From: an uncultured Gemmatimonadales bacterium
GTDB taxonomy: Bacteria; Gemmatimonadota; Gemmatimonadetes; Longimicrobiales; RSA9
Direction of reading: 5' to 3'
DNA length: 64,000 bases
Assembly (NCBI GenBank): GCA_963816355.1
Contig: CAWFKH010000003.1
Location: 1,184,001-1,248,000 of the forward strand
The stretch's first letter is position 1, and each line of letters opens with the position of its first letter. The notes below the pieces were generated by a model, which saw nothing but the letters and a program-made list of their open reading frames with translations, was not told where the DNA came from and ran no database searches. Shown in pieces: positions 31,336 to 41,569 of the stretch. The translations under genes were made by a program, and so were the position numbers.

Positions 31336-32711
31336 GCCTCGACGACCTCCACCTCGAGGTGCGGCTCGATCTGGTCGCGGTCGATGAGCGCCGGCCAGTA
31401 CGCGACGACGTCCTGCACGCGCGGCCTTCCGCCGGCGAAGCCGGTCACGGTGGGCGGACCGGCGAGGATCAGCGGGGCGAGCTCACGCGTGAAGCGCTCG
31501 ACCGGTGCGCGGTCGGCGGCACGCACGGCGACGCGCAACTCGACCTCCGGCAGGTCCGGCGGCGGTGGCCCGGCGAGCGCTCCGTGCGTCGCGTTCCAGC
31601 CGACGAACTCGGTGCGGATCTCGTCGAAGCGAAGGCCGAGGCGCTCGAGGCGGGCGCGCAGCACGCGGTCCGCGGCCTGTGCCTTCGCGACGGGGTCGGG
31701 CCAGCCGTAGACGAGCGTGCCGACCGCCTTGTAGCCGGCGGAGTACGAGATCGACACTTTGAGGCGGTCGGTGCGCGGCCGCCCGCGAACGCCGCTCACG
31801 CGCACGCGGTCCGGCCCCTCCTGTTCGAGGCGGATCGTCGTGAAGTCCGCGACGGCGTCCGGCGTGATGTAGGCGTGCGGATCCCCCATCTCGTAGACGA
31901 GCTGCTCGGTGACGCCGTGGACGTCCACGCGTCCGCCCGTGCCGTCGTGCTTGGTGACCACGAAGGAGCCGTCGGGGCTCGCCTCGATGATCGGGAAGCC
32001 GACGTCGGCGAGATCCGGCACCGTCTCCCAGCCGACGAGCGTGTTGCCGCCGCTCGCCTGGGCGCCGCACTCGTTGATGTGGCCGGCGACGATGCCAGCG
32101 GCGATGCGGTCCCAGTCGTCCTCGCCCCAGCCGAACGCCTGCATCATCGGCGCGTACGTGAGGGCGGTGTCGGTCGAGCGGCCGGTCACGACGATCGTCG
32201 CCCCCCGCTCGAGCGCCTCGACGATCGGCCGCGCGCCGATGTAGGCGTTGGCGCTCTGCACCCGGTCGAGCACGCTCTCCAGAGGCTCCCCCGTGTCGAG
32301 GTTCGCGAGCGCGTGACCGGCTCCCAGCAGATCGGGAAGCCGCTCCAGGATGTCGTCGCCGTGGATGGCGCCGATGCGCGCGCGGCCACCCACGCCCGCC
32401 GCGCGCGCCGCCTCGACGAGCGCGTCGCGGCACCCGGGCAGGTTCACGCCGCCCGCGTTCGTGACGACGCGGACGCCCTTGGCGACGCAGTCCGGCAGGA
32501 TCTCCCGCGCCAGCGGAACGAAGTCCCGCGCGTAGCCCTGGGACGGATCGCGCGAGCGCTGTTTCTGCAGGATCGACATCGTGACCTCGGCGAGGAAGTC
32601 GAGCATCAGGATGTCGATCGGACCACGGCGCACCTGTTCCACGGGTGCGCTCAGGAGGTCGCCCCAGAAGCCCTGTCCGGAGGCGATGCGGAGGCGCTGG
32701 CTCGCTGGCAT
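31332..32711 (-). CDS. Acyclic terpene utilization AtuA family protein (DUF1446)
   Basis: [46 protein letters not shown]. Confidence 0.9.
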   Translation of the reverse strand: MPASQRLRIASGQGFWGDLLSAPVEQVRRGPIDILMLDFLAEVTMSILQKQRSRDPSQGYARDFVPLAREILPDCVAKGVRVVTNAGGVNLPGCRDALVEAARAAGVGGRARIGAIHGDDILERLPDLLGAGHALANLDTGEPLESVLDRVQSANAYIGARPIVEALERGATIVVTGRSTDTALTYAPMMQAFGWGEDDWDRIAAGIVAGHINECGAQASGGNTLVGWETVPDLADVGFPIIEASPDGSFVVTKHDGTGGRVDVHGVTEQLVYEMGDPHAYITPDAVADFTTIRLEQEGPDRVRVSGVRGRPRTDRLKVSISYSAGYKAVGTLVYGWPDPVAKAQAADRVLRARLERLGLRFDEIRTEFVGWNATHGALAGPPPPDLPEVELRVAVRAADRAPVERFTRELAPLILAGPPTVTGFAGGRPRVQDVVAYWPALIDRDQIEPHLEVEVVEA

Positions 32712-33063
32712 TCGGTGTCTCGGCTCGGTTCGTGGCGCGGCGTTCCGCCGGGTCGCCGGCAATGTAGGGCGTGCGCCGTTGGAGGCAAAGGCGCGCAGCA
32801 GCGGTGGCCCCCCGCCGAACGCGACGGTCCAACCGCGCCGGCGGACGGCCGGCGACGAGCGGGCGACGGACGGCGGACGACTGGCGGACTTGCGGCGCGC
32901 ACTTCCGCCGGGATGCAACGGTCGGAGCCCCCCGCGGCGACCAAGATTCGAGGGATCGCCGGCGGGCGTGTCGCCCCGCCTCCGCGATTCGTGCTTCGGC
33001 GCCCCGCGCGCGCCTCCGCGACCGGGGTACGCCGTGAACCGCTCGTCCACGAACGGGTGACCC

Positions 33064-35487
33064 ATGAGCCGCATGCTCCACGACGTGAGATTCGCGCTGC
33101 GCACCCTCGCCCGGCGCCCCGCCTTCGCCGCGAGCGCGATCGTGACGCTCGCCCTCGGGGTCGGTGCGACGACGGCGATCTTCAGCGTGCTGAACGGCGT
33201 CGTGCTGCGGCCGCTGCCCTTCCCGCAGGCCGACCGCGTCGTCGCGCTCGCGAGGACGGACCGATCGCAGCCGGGAGCCGACGAGGAGAGCTCCGTGTCG
33301 CCGATGGACCTCGGCGACTGGGACGCGCCCTCCTCTTCGCTCGGCGCGATGGCGCTCTACCGCCCGCGCAGGTTGACGCTCACGGCGACGAGCCCGGCGG
33401 AGCTGATCCCCGGAGCGAACATCACGCCGGCGCTGTTCCGCGTCTTCGAGGCGCCGCTCGTGCTGGGCCGCACCTTCACGCCCGAGGAGATGGCGCCGAA
33501 CGGCCCGAACGTCGCGATCGTCGGCTACGGCTTCTGGAAGGAGCGGCTCGGCGGGCGGCCGGACGCGATCGGCGGCTCGCTCGACCTCTTCGGCGAGCGC
33601 TACCGGGTGGTGGGCGTCGCCGCGGCGGGCTTCGATTTTCCGGAGCACGCCCGCGTCTGGCTGCCGGAGCAGAACGACCCCGCCCACTGCGGCCGCGGCT
33701 GCGTCTACATGAGCGCCGTCGCGCGGCTGGCGCCGGGCGCGACGCTGGAGCAGGCGAAGGCGGAGATGACGGCCGTAGCCGCCCACGTGGAGGAAGCGTA
33801 CCCGGGCAGCAACCGGAACGTCGGCGTGCACGTCGCGCGCCTGCAGGACGCGCTCGTCGGCTCCGCGAAGGAAGCGCTCCGCCTGCTCTTCGCCGCCGTC
33901 TCGCTCGTGCTGTTGATCGCGTGCGCCAACGTGGCCAACCTGCTGCTGGCGCGGGGCGCGACCCGACGCGAGGAGGTGGCGGTGCGCACGGCGCTCGGCG
34001 CGGGACGACGTCGCATCATTTCGCAGCTCCTCACCGAGAGCGCGCTGATCGCGCTGCTGGGCGGCGTGCTGGGAGTCGTGCTCGCGTGGCTCGGCGTGAA
34101 CGCGCTGCACGCCTTCTCGCCCGGCGACATCCCACGGCTGGAAGAGGTGCGGGTCAGCGGAGCGACGCTGGTCTTCGCGCTCGGCCTGGTGGGGGCGACG
34201 ACGCTCCTCTTCGGCGTCGTCCCGGCGCTGCAGCTCTCCGGCGCCTCGCCCGCGCACGCGCTACGCGAGGGCGGCCGAGGGGGCGCCGGATCGAGCGAGC
34301 GCGGCATCGGCCGCGCCGCGCTGCTGGTCGCCGAGGTGGGCCTCTCGCTGGTGCTGCTCGTGGGCGCGGGCCTGCTGCTGCGCAGCTTCGCCAAGCTGAC
34401 CTCCGTGGATCCCGGCTACCGCACCGACCACCTCGTGCAGTTCGCGCTCAACCTGCCGGCCGCCCGCTCGGAGCCGGAGCGGGCGACGCCGTTCTGGGAT
34501 GAGCTCGAGGCGCGGCTCGCGGCGCTGCCGGGCGTGAGCGGGGCCGCCGTCACGGTGGGACTCCCGCTCTCCCGGACGACGATCTTCTCCAGCTTCAAAC
34601 GGCTGGACGCGCCGCCGCCGAAGCCGGGCGAGGAGCCGGTGGCGCTGCTGCAGTTCATCAGCCCGGACTACCTGAGGACGCTGCAGATCCAGCTCCTGCG
34701 CGGCCGCGGCGTCGAGGCGCGCGATCGCCAGAACGCGGTGCCGGTGGCCCTCGTGAACCGCGCCGCCGCCGCGAAGTTCTGGCCGGGAGAGGATCCCCTC
34801 GGAAAGCAGATCGACGTCGGCGTCTCGATGGGGTACCCCGACACGCTGCCCCGCACCATCGTCGGCCTCGTCGGCGACACGCGACCGATCAGCGTCGATC
34901 GTCCGCCCGAGCCGGAGATCTACGTCCCGATCGCGCAGGCCGGCCCCGGCTTCGGTCAGATCGTGCTGCGCACGGCGGAGAGGCCCGCGACGACGCTCGC
35001 GGCCGCGCGCGCCGAGGTCCGCCGCCTCGAGCCGGGCGCGCCGCTGCGCGACCCCGGCACCATGGACGAGCTCCTTTCCAGGGACCTCGCGCGACCGCGC
35101 TTCATGCTGCTCCTCGTCGGCATGTTCGCGGTCCTCGCCGCGACGCTCGCCGCGATCGGGATCTACGGCGTCGTCGCGTATCTCGTCTCCGGACGCACGC
35201 GCGAGATCGGCGTACGGATGGCGCTCGGCGCGACGACGGGCGGGATCATGGCGCTCATCATGCGACAGGGACTCGCGCCGGCGCTGCTCGGGGTCGCGAT
35301 CGGGGTGGGCGGGAGCCTGCTCACGGCGGGTCTGCTGCGAACCCAGCTCTACGGCATCCCGCCGGGCGATCCGCTGACCCTGGCGGCCGCCGGCGTGCTG
35401 CTCGTAGGGGTCGCCGCCTTCGCGTGCGCGCTCCCCGCGCGCCGCGCCGCCCGCATCCCGCCCGCGTCGGCGCTGCGCTCCGAGTAG
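33064..35487 (+). CDS. Duplicated MacB/FtsX ABC permease (ADOP family)
   Basis: [41 protein letters not shown]. Confidence 0.92.
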   Translation: MSRMLHDVRFALRTLARRPAFAASAIVTLALGVGATTAIFSVLNGVVLRPLPFPQADRVVALARTDRSQPGADEESSVSPMDLGDWDAPSSSLGAMALYRPRRLTLTATSPAELIPGANITPALFRVFEAPLVLGRTFTPEEMAPNGPNVAIVGYGFWKERLGGRPDAIGGSLDLFGERYRVVGVAAAGFDFPEHARVWLPEQNDPAHCGRGCVYMSAVARLAPGATLEQAKAEMTAVAAHVEEAYPGSNRNVGVHVARLQDALVGSAKEALRLLFAAVSLVLLIACANVANLLLARGATRREEVAVRTALGAGRRRIISQLLTESALIALLGGVLGVVLAWLGVNALHAFSPGDIPRLEEVRVSGATLVFALGLVGATTLLFGVVPALQLSGASPAHALREGGRGGAGSSERGIGRAALLVAEVGLSLVLLVGAGLLLRSFAKLTSVDPGYRTDHLVQFALNLPAARSEPERATPFWDELEARLAALPGVSGAAVTVGLPLSRTTIFSSFKRLDAPPPKPGEEPVALLQFISPDYLRTLQIQLLRGRGVEARDRQNAVPVALVNRAAAAKFWPGEDPLGKQIDVGVSMGYPDTLPRTIVGLVGDTRPISVDRPPEPEIYVPIAQAGPGFGQIVLRTAERPATTLAAARAEVRRLEPGAPLRDPGTMDELLSRDLARPRFMLLLVGMFAVLAATLAAIGIYGVVAYLVSGRTREIGVRMALGATTGGIMALIMRQGLAPALLGVAIGVGGSLLTAGLLRTQLYGIPPGDPLTLAAAGVLLVGVAAFACALPARRAARIPPASALRSE

Positions 35488-35564
35488 CCTCCGCCGGCTC
35501 CGTACATCGTGCGGCTCCGTGCGTCGCTCGGCTCGTGCAGCGTGCGACTCGTACGTCGTGCGGC

Positions 35565-36806
35565 TCAGTACTTCGTTTCGAGGCCGAGCACGAGGCGGGC
35601 GGTGTCGCGGGCGATGAGCAACTCCTCGTCGGTGGGGATGACCCACGCGTGCAGCCGGGATGCGTCGGTCGAGATGCGGCCGGCGCTGCCGACGGCGGCG
35701 GCGTTGGCGTCGTCGTCGATCTCGAGCCCCGCCCACTCGAAGCCCTCCAGGATGCGGCGCCGAACGGAGGGCGCGTTCTCGCCGATGCCTCCGGTGAGCA
35801 CGACGGCGTCGGCGCCGCCCATCGCGGCGAGGTAGGCGCCGATGTACTTGCGGGCGCGGTAGGCGAAGATGTCGATGGCGAGGCGCGCGCGGCGGTCCTG
35901 GTGCGTCTCGACCTCGTCGAGCAGGTCGCGCATGTCGTGGGTCAGGCCGGAGATGCCGAGCAGACCGGACTGTCGGTTGAGCAGGGACTCCACCTCAGCC
36001 GCGGACCACCCTTCCTTGCCGGCCAGCCAGCTCACGACGGCGGGGTCGACGTCGCCGGAGCGCGTCCCCATCACCAGCCCCTCCAGGGGCGTGAAGCCCA
36101 TCGAGATGTCGACGGAGTTGCCGCCGCGGATGGCGCAGGCGGAGCAGCCGTTGCCCAGGTGGAGCGAGACGAGGTGCGTGTCCTCTCGCGTGCGGCCGGT
36201 GAGGCGGCGATAGCGCCACGCGACGTAGCGGTGCGACGTCCCGTGGAAGCCGTAGCGGCGGATCCGGTGCCGCCGGTAGATCGAGTACGGGATCGCGTAC
36301 AGGAACGCGTGCTCGGGCAGCGTCTGGTGGAACGCCGTGTCGAAGACGGCCGCCTGCGGCGTCGTCGCGCCGAGCAGCGCGCGCACGGCGCGGATGCCGC
36401 GGATGTTGTACGGGTTGTGAAGCGGCGCGAGCTCGATGGTGCGCTCCTCGAGACGCTGCAGCACCGCGTCGTCGACCAGCACCGACGCGTGGAACGCCTC
36501 GCCGCCATGCACGACGCGGTGGCCGACCGCGTGGATGTCGGCGAGGCCGCCGATACCGGTCTCCGTCTCCGGCGCGACGAGCCAGTGCAGCAGCCAGTCG
36601 ACGGCTGCGGGGATGTCGCGCAGCAGGGCCGTGTGGCGGGTGAGGGCGGCCGCGTCCTGCACCGTGACGACTGCGGCGCCGCCAATGTGCTCGATGGCGC
36701 CGCCCGCGAGGCGCCGGTCGCCGTCGGACGCCATCGCCTCGGCGTCCGTCGCGACCAGCTCGAACTTGAGGGAGGAGGATCCGACGTTGAGGACGAGGAC
36801 GTTCAT
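35565..36806 (-). CDS. ackA: Acetate kinase
   Basis: [46 protein letters not shown]. Confidence 0.96.
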   Translation of the reverse strand: MNVLVLNVGSSSLKFELVATDAEAMASDGDRRLAGGAIEHIGGAAVVTVQDAAALTRHTALLRDIPAAVDWLLHWLVAPETETGIGGLADIHAVGHRVVHGGEAFHASVLVDDAVLQRLEERTIELAPLHNPYNIRGIRAVRALLGATTPQAAVFDTAFHQTLPEHAFLYAIPYSIYRRHRIRRYGFHGTSHRYVAWRYRRLTGRTREDTHLVSLHLGNGCSACAIRGGNSVDISMGFTPLEGLVMGTRSGDVDPAVVSWLAGKEGWSAAEVESLLNRQSGLLGISGLTHDMRDLLDEVETHQDRRARLAIDIFAYRARKYIGAYLAAMGGADAVVLTGGIGENAPSVRRRILEGFEWAGLEIDDDANAAAVGSAGRISTDASRLHAWVIPTDEELLIARDTARLVLGLETKY

Positions 36807-36835
36807 GCGCCCGAACCGATCGGCCCGGACCGCGC

Positions 36836-38617
36836 TCAGCCGCCGCCGGCAGGGGGCGCCTGCGCCGGCGGGGATGCTCCACGCCCGTCCAGATCGCCCC
36901 AAGGGCCGAGATGAGGACCCGGGTTGTGCAGCGCGGCGCGCAGCGCGGCGCCGAGGACGGCGCGGCTCCGTTCCGGGTGGATGATGGCGTCGACGAAGCC
37001 GCGAGCGGCGGCGTAGCGGGCGTCGAGCTGCTCGTCGTAGTCGGCGCGCATGGTCTCGATGCGTTCGCGCAGCGCGGCGTCCGGCTGCTTGCCCTCGCGC
37101 TTGAGTTCGTCGAGCTGCGCGCCGAAGACCGCCATGACGGCGCTGTCGCCCTCCATCACGCCCATGCGGCCGGTCGGCCAGGTGAAGATGAAGTCCGGAT
37201 CGAAGCCCTGGCCGGCCATGGCGTAGTAGCCGGCGCCGGACGCGTGATTGATCGTGAGCACGAGCTTCGGCACCGTCGCCGTCGCCATCGCCTCGACGAA
37301 GCGCGCCCCCGCCCGGATGATGCCGGAGTGCTCCGCGTCCGGCCCCACCATGAAGCCGCTCACGTCCTGCACGAACAGGATCGGCACCCGCAGCCGGTTC
37401 ATCGTGTCGAGGAAGTAGGCGACCTTCTCCGCGCTGTCCGCGTAGACGATGCCGCCGAACTTGGGCGGCCCGCCGTGCGGATCCTTAAGCATCCCGCGCG
37501 CGTTGGCGATCACGCCGACCGGCGCCCCCTCGAGGCGCGCGGTGCCGCAGATCATCTCCGGCGCGAAGTCCGCCTGGAACTCGTCGAACTCGCCGCCATC
37601 GAGGAGGCATGCGAGCACCGCGCGCGTGTCGTACGGCTGGCGGTGGTCGGGAGGAAGAAGGTCGTAGAGCTCGGCGGGCTCGCGCCCCGGCGGGCGCCGC
37701 TCGCCGAGCGCGGCGGGGGCCGTGTACGGCAGCTCGGCGACGAGGGTCCGGATGCGGTCGACGCAGGCGCGGTCGTCCGCGACGCGGTAGTGCGCCACGC
37801 CGCTGATCGCGTTGTGCATCCACGCGCCGCCCAGCTCCTCGGCGCCGACCGACTGCCCCGTGGCACCCTTCACGAGGTTCGGCCCACCGAGTCCCATGAA
37901 GCTCGTGCCCTCGACCATCAGGATCACGTCGGACAGCGCCGGCAGGTAGGCGCCACCGGCGATGCACGGCCCCATCACCGCCGCCACCTGCGGCACGTGG
38001 AGATAGCGCCGCATGATCGAGTTGTAGTAGAAGATCCGGCTCGCGCCGTACTGCCCCGGGAAGACACCGCCCTGGTACGGCAGGTTCACGCCCGCGGAGT
38101 CGACCAGGTAGACGATCGGGATGCGACAGCGCATCGCGATCTCCTGCGCCCGCAGCATCTTCGTGATCGTCTCCGGCCACCACGAGCCCGCCTTCACCGT
38201 CGCGTCGTTGGCGACGACGACCGCCGGACGACCCGCGATCTCCGCCAGCCCCGTGACCACGCCGGCCGCCGGCGCCTGCCCCTCGTAGCGGTCGTGCGCG
38301 ACGAGAAGGCCGATCTCCAGCAGCTCCGTCCCACGGTCGACGAGCAGCGCGATCCGCTCCCGCGCCGTGAGCTTCCCCTGCGCGTGCTGGCGCTCGACCT
38401 TCTCCGCACCGCCCCCCTCGCGGATACGCGCCTCCAGCTCGCGCACCTCGGCCGTCAGCCGGCGCAGTCGGGAGGCCCGCGCGCCGGGCACGCCGCCCTC
38501 CCCCTGCCCGCCGGCCGCGGTGCCGCCGGCCGCCGCGACGGATCCCCCGCTCTTCCGGCTCACGCCGCCGGCGCCCCGGGCGCCGCGCTCAGCGGACCGC
38601 CTCGACTTCGCGGTCAC
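36836..38617 (-). CDS. Acyl-CoA carboxylase carboxyltransferase subunit (methylcrotonyl-CoA carboxylase beta-like)
   Basis: [32 protein letters not shown]. Confidence 0.9.
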   Translation of the reverse strand: MTAKSRRSAERGARGAGGVSRKSGGSVAAAGGTAAGGQGEGGVPGARASRLRRLTAEVRELEARIREGGGAEKVERQHAQGKLTARERIALLVDRGTELLEIGLLVAHDRYEGQAPAAGVVTGLAEIAGRPAVVVANDATVKAGSWWPETITKMLRAQEIAMRCRIPIVYLVDSAGVNLPYQGGVFPGQYGASRIFYYNSIMRRYLHVPQVAAVMGPCIAGGAYLPALSDVILMVEGTSFMGLGGPNLVKGATGQSVGAEELGGAWMHNAISGVAHYRVADDRACVDRIRTLVAELPYTAPAALGERRPPGREPAELYDLLPPDHRQPYDTRAVLACLLDGGEFDEFQADFAPEMICGTARLEGAPVGVIANARGMLKDPHGGPPKFGGIVYADSAEKVAYFLDTMNRLRVPILFVQDVSGFMVGPDAEHSGIIRAGARFVEAMATATVPKLVLTINHASGAGYYAMAGQGFDPDFIFTWPTGRMGVMEGDSAVMAVFGAQLDELKREGKQPDAALRERIETMRADYDEQLDARYAAARGFVDAIIHPERSRAVLGAALRAALHNPGPHLGPWGDLDGRGASPPAQAPPAGGG

Positions 38618-39020
38618 GGCCGTGCTCCGCGAACCACTCCCGCACGTATTCGATCGGCTCGCTCGTCGGCGTGCCCGGGCCGAAGATGCGGCCCACGCCG
38701 AGGCCGCGCAGCTCCGCCGCGTCGTCCTCCGGGATGATCCCGCCGCCGGTGAGGAGGATGTCGTCGGCGCCCTCCTCGCGCAGCAGCTCGAGCACGCGCC
38801 GAAAGAGCGTCATGTGCGCGCCCGAAAGCACCGACAGCGCCACGACGTCCACGTCCTCCTGGATCGCGGCGCCGACGATCATCTCCGGCGTCTGGTGCAG
38901 GCCGGTGTAGATCACCTCGAAGCCGGCGTCGCGGAAGGCGCTCGCGATCACCTTGGCGCCGCGGTCGTGCCCGTCCAGCCCCGGCTTCCCAACCAGCACT
39001 CGGATCTTCCGTTCAGCCAT
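38589..39020 (-). CDS. Cobalamin-binding small subunit of acyl-CoA mutase (IcmB-like)
   Basis: [12 protein letters not shown] (DxHxxG), SVLSGAH, GGIIP. Confidence 0.93.
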   Translation of the reverse strand: MAERKIRVLVGKPGLDGHDRGAKVIASAFRDAGFEVIYTGLHQTPEMIVGAAIQEDVDVVALSVLSGAHMTLFRRVLELLREEGADDILLTGGGIIPEDDAAELRGLGVGRIFGPGTPTSEPIEYVREWFAEHGRDREVEAVR

Positions 39021-39114
39021 CGCAGTGCGCTTGAAGTGGTTCGAGCACGCCCGCACTCCGGCGGGCCCAAAGCACCCGAACGTAGCGAGAACGCGCCGAA
39101 TTCAGCAAGCCGCC

Positions 39115-39426
39115 GAAGCTGGCCTGGCGGCCAGGGAAGCCGGCCTGACGGCCGGGGAAGCTGGCCTGGCGGCCAGGGAAGCTCGCGCTGGCGCGCGAGG
39201 GAAGCCGGCCTGGGGGCCGGGGACCGCCTGCGGCGGGGAAGCCGGCCTGGCGGCCGGGGTCCCGCCTGCGGCGGCTTCCCTCGCGGCAACGCGAGCTTCC
39301 CCGCGCCCCCGCGCGGACCCGCCGCCAGGCGGCTTCCCTCGCGCGCCAGCGCGAGCTTCCCTCGCGCGTCAGCGGGAGCTTCCCTCGCGCGTCGGCGCGA
39401 GCTTCCCTTGCGCCACCGGCGCAAGC
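39115..39426. repeat. Array of about 12 GGAAG/CTTCC-linked short hairpins in two inverted halves (REP/BIME-like)
   Basis: Units such as GAAG-CTGGCC-TGGC-GGCCAG-G on the left and CTTCC-CTCGCGC-GCCA-GCGCGAG on the right; perfect 32-bp inverted repeat 39176-39207/39330-39361. Confidence 0.85.
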
Positions 39427-40175
39427 GTTCGGGCAATCGCGATCAGGCGCGGCGAATCGTGCCGCAGCAACGAGCCGTCCCAGTCGCCGTAGTAGGCGAG
39501 GCGGGCGAAGCCGGCCTCGCGCAGCAGGCGGTCGATCTCCGTCGCGGTGCGCAGCCGCAGGGCGTGCCGCTTCTCGCCCGAGCGCTCGTCGCGGCGCCAC
39601 CGCAGGCGCTCGTGGCTGATGCCGGTGACGGGGTCGAAGCGGCGTCGCACGCGCACCTCCGTCCCGTCCGGCAGCGTCCAGTGGTCGCGCCGCGCGTAGG
39701 CGGCGATCACGTCGTCGCGGTGCATCGTCTCCAGGAGCAACGCGCCGCCGGGGCGCAGAACGCGCCGCGCCTCCGCGAGGGCGCGCACGTCCTCCGCGTC
39801 GTCGAGGAAGAGGCCGACGCTGGTGAAGACGTCGACGACGGCGTCGAAGGCGCCGTCGCGGAAGGGCAGCGCACGCAGGTCGGCGGCGGCGACGCGCGCG
39901 GGGCGGGCCCGCTCGAGCAGCGGCAGCGAGCGGTCCGCGCCGAACGCATCGGCGCCCGCTTCGGCGAACAGCTTCAGGTGACGCCCCCAGCCGCACGGCA
40001 CGTCGAGGAGGCGCGCCCCCACCGGGAGGCCGAGCAGCTCGCGCATCGAGCCGACCTCGTGCCGGCTCTCCGCCTCCGGAAAGAGCGGCGCGTGCAGGTC
40101 GAAGTAGGCGTCGTCGAAGAATCCGCGCGACCACCCGCGTCCGGCGGGGCCGCCCGCGGCGTCGCGCTCACTCAC
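39369..40175 (-). CDS. Class I SAM-dependent methyltransferase
   Basis: LLDVPCGWGRH, ADLRALPF, LRPGGALLLE. Confidence 0.9.
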   Translation of the reverse strand: MSERDAAGGPAGRGWSRGFFDDAYFDLHAPLFPEAESRHEVGSMRELLGLPVGARLLDVPCGWGRHLKLFAEAGADAFGADRSLPLLERARPARVAAADLRALPFRDGAFDAVVDVFTSVGLFLDDAEDVRALAEARRVLRPGGALLLETMHRDDVIAAYARRDHWTLPDGTEVRVRRRFDPVTGISHERLRWRRDERSGEKRHALRLRTATEIDRLLREAGFARLAYYGDWDGSLLRHDSPRLIAIARTLAPVAQGKLAPTREGSSR

Positions 40176-41523
40176 TGCCTTCGCCCTCGTCGACGCGCTC
40201 GGGGATGGCCTCGAGGCGCAGCGCCACCCGGTCGATGCGGCGGCCGTCCATGGCGACGACCTGCATGCGCCCCTTGTCGAACAGCACTGCCTCGCCGCCG
40301 TGCGGCACGCGGCCGAGCCGCCCCATGACGTAGCCGCCCACGGTCGTGAAGTCCTCCTCCGGCAGCGCGAGGCCGTAGCGCTCGTTCAACTCGGCGAGCG
40401 GCACGGCGCCGTCCAGGTAGATCTCGCCCGTCTCCGTCTCCACGATCGCCGGCGCCTCGGGCTCCTCGTGCTCGTCCTGGATCTCGCCCACGATCTCCTC
40501 GACGACGTCCTCCAGCGTCACGATGCCAGCGGTGCCGCCGAACTCGTCGACGACGGCGACCATGTGCAGGCGCGCCTGCTGCATCTCGCGCAGCAGCGCC
40601 TCGATCGGCTTGCTGTCCGGAACGAAGGAGAGCTCCCGGATCAGCGGCGCGATGGCGCCCGCGCCGGTGCGCTGCGCGCGCCACACGTCGCGCGCCAGCA
40701 GCACGCCCACGATCTGGTCGAGCGATTCGCGATAGACCGGGATGCGGGAGTGGCCGGCCTCCAGGATCAGCTCCGCCGCGGCATCGATCGTCGCCTCCTC
40801 CGGCAGCGCCACGACGTCCGTGCGCGGCGTCATGATCTCGCCGGCGGCAGTCTCCGAGAGGTCGAAGATGCCGCGGATCATCTCCACCGGCTCGTTCGCC
40901 AGCAGGCCGTGCTCGTGGCTCTGGGCCACGAGCATCTCGATCTCCTCGGGCCGGTGCACGCGCTCGGCGCCGTGCGGCGGCTTGAGCCCGATCAGCCGCA
41001 AGAGCTGGTTCGCGGCCCCGTTCAGCAGCCAGATGAACGGCGTGAAGAGCCGGGTGAAGGCGATCAGCGGCCCGGCCGTCCACATCGCGACCTCTTCCGG
41101 GAGCACGATCGCCAGGTACTTCGGCGCCTGCTCGCCGATCACGATGTGGAGCGCGGTGACGATCGCGTAGGCGACGCCGATCGCCACGCCGTGCGAGGCG
41201 ATGACGTCGAACGGCGGTGCCAGCCGGCCGAACACCCCCAGGAAGAGCGACGCCAGCGTCGCCTCGCCGACGAAGCCGAGCGCGATCGAGGCGAGCGTGA
41301 TGCCGAGCTGCGTCGCGGAGAGGTAGTGATCGAGGCGGGCCATCGCCTTGCGCGCGAAGCGCGCCCGGCGCCGGCCCGTCCGCGCCAGCGCTTCGATCCG
41401 GGTGCGCCGCGACGCGACGAGCCCGAACTCCGCGGCGACGAAGAAGCCGTTCGCGAGGACGAGGAGGAGGACGACGCCGAGGCGGACGACGACGTCGCCG
41501 GAGGATAACGGGGCCGGTTCCAT
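40168..41523 (-). CDS. Hemolysin/CNNM family protein (DUF21-CBS-CorC)
   Basis: NGFFVAAEF, QLGIT, GEQAPK, HSRIPVY, VDEFGGTAGIVTLED. Confidence 0.93.
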   Translation of the reverse strand: MEPAPLSSGDVVVRLGVVLLLVLANGFFVAAEFGLVASRRTRIEALARTGRRRARFARKAMARLDHYLSATQLGITLASIALGFVGEATLASLFLGVFGRLAPPFDVIASHGVAIGVAYAIVTALHIVIGEQAPKYLAIVLPEEVAMWTAGPLIAFTRLFTPFIWLLNGAANQLLRLIGLKPPHGAERVHRPEEIEMLVAQSHEHGLLANEPVEMIRGIFDLSETAAGEIMTPRTDVVALPEEATIDAAAELILEAGHSRIPVYRESLDQIVGVLLARDVWRAQRTGAGAIAPLIRELSFVPDSKPIEALLREMQQARLHMVAVVDEFGGTAGIVTLEDVVEEIVGEIQDEHEEPEAPAIVETETGEIYLDGAVPLAELNERYGLALPEEDFTTVGGYVMGRLGRVPHGGEAVLFDKGRMQVVAMDGRRIDRVALRLEAIPERVDEGEGSE

Positions 41524-41569
41524 GAACGGACGCGGGTGGAGGATCGAGGCTTGGCGGGTCGCTGACCCG

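Noticed and set aside
31359..34502. Very long alternative-frame ORFs (1047 aa here; also 26522..28846, 48052..50004, 53058..55352)
   Set aside because: Arg/Ala/Pro-rich shadow ORFs antisense or out of frame to clear genes, as expected in very high-GC DNA.
39020..39115. Cobalamin riboswitch upstream of the B12-binding subunit
   Set aside because: GGGAA motifs occur nearby only as part of the hairpin repeat; no B12-box or riboswitch core could be recognised.
39115..39426. CRISPR array interpretation of the hairpin repeats
   Set aside because: Units are about 21-23 bp with no unique 30-40 bp spacers, the orientation flips midway, and there are no cas genes.
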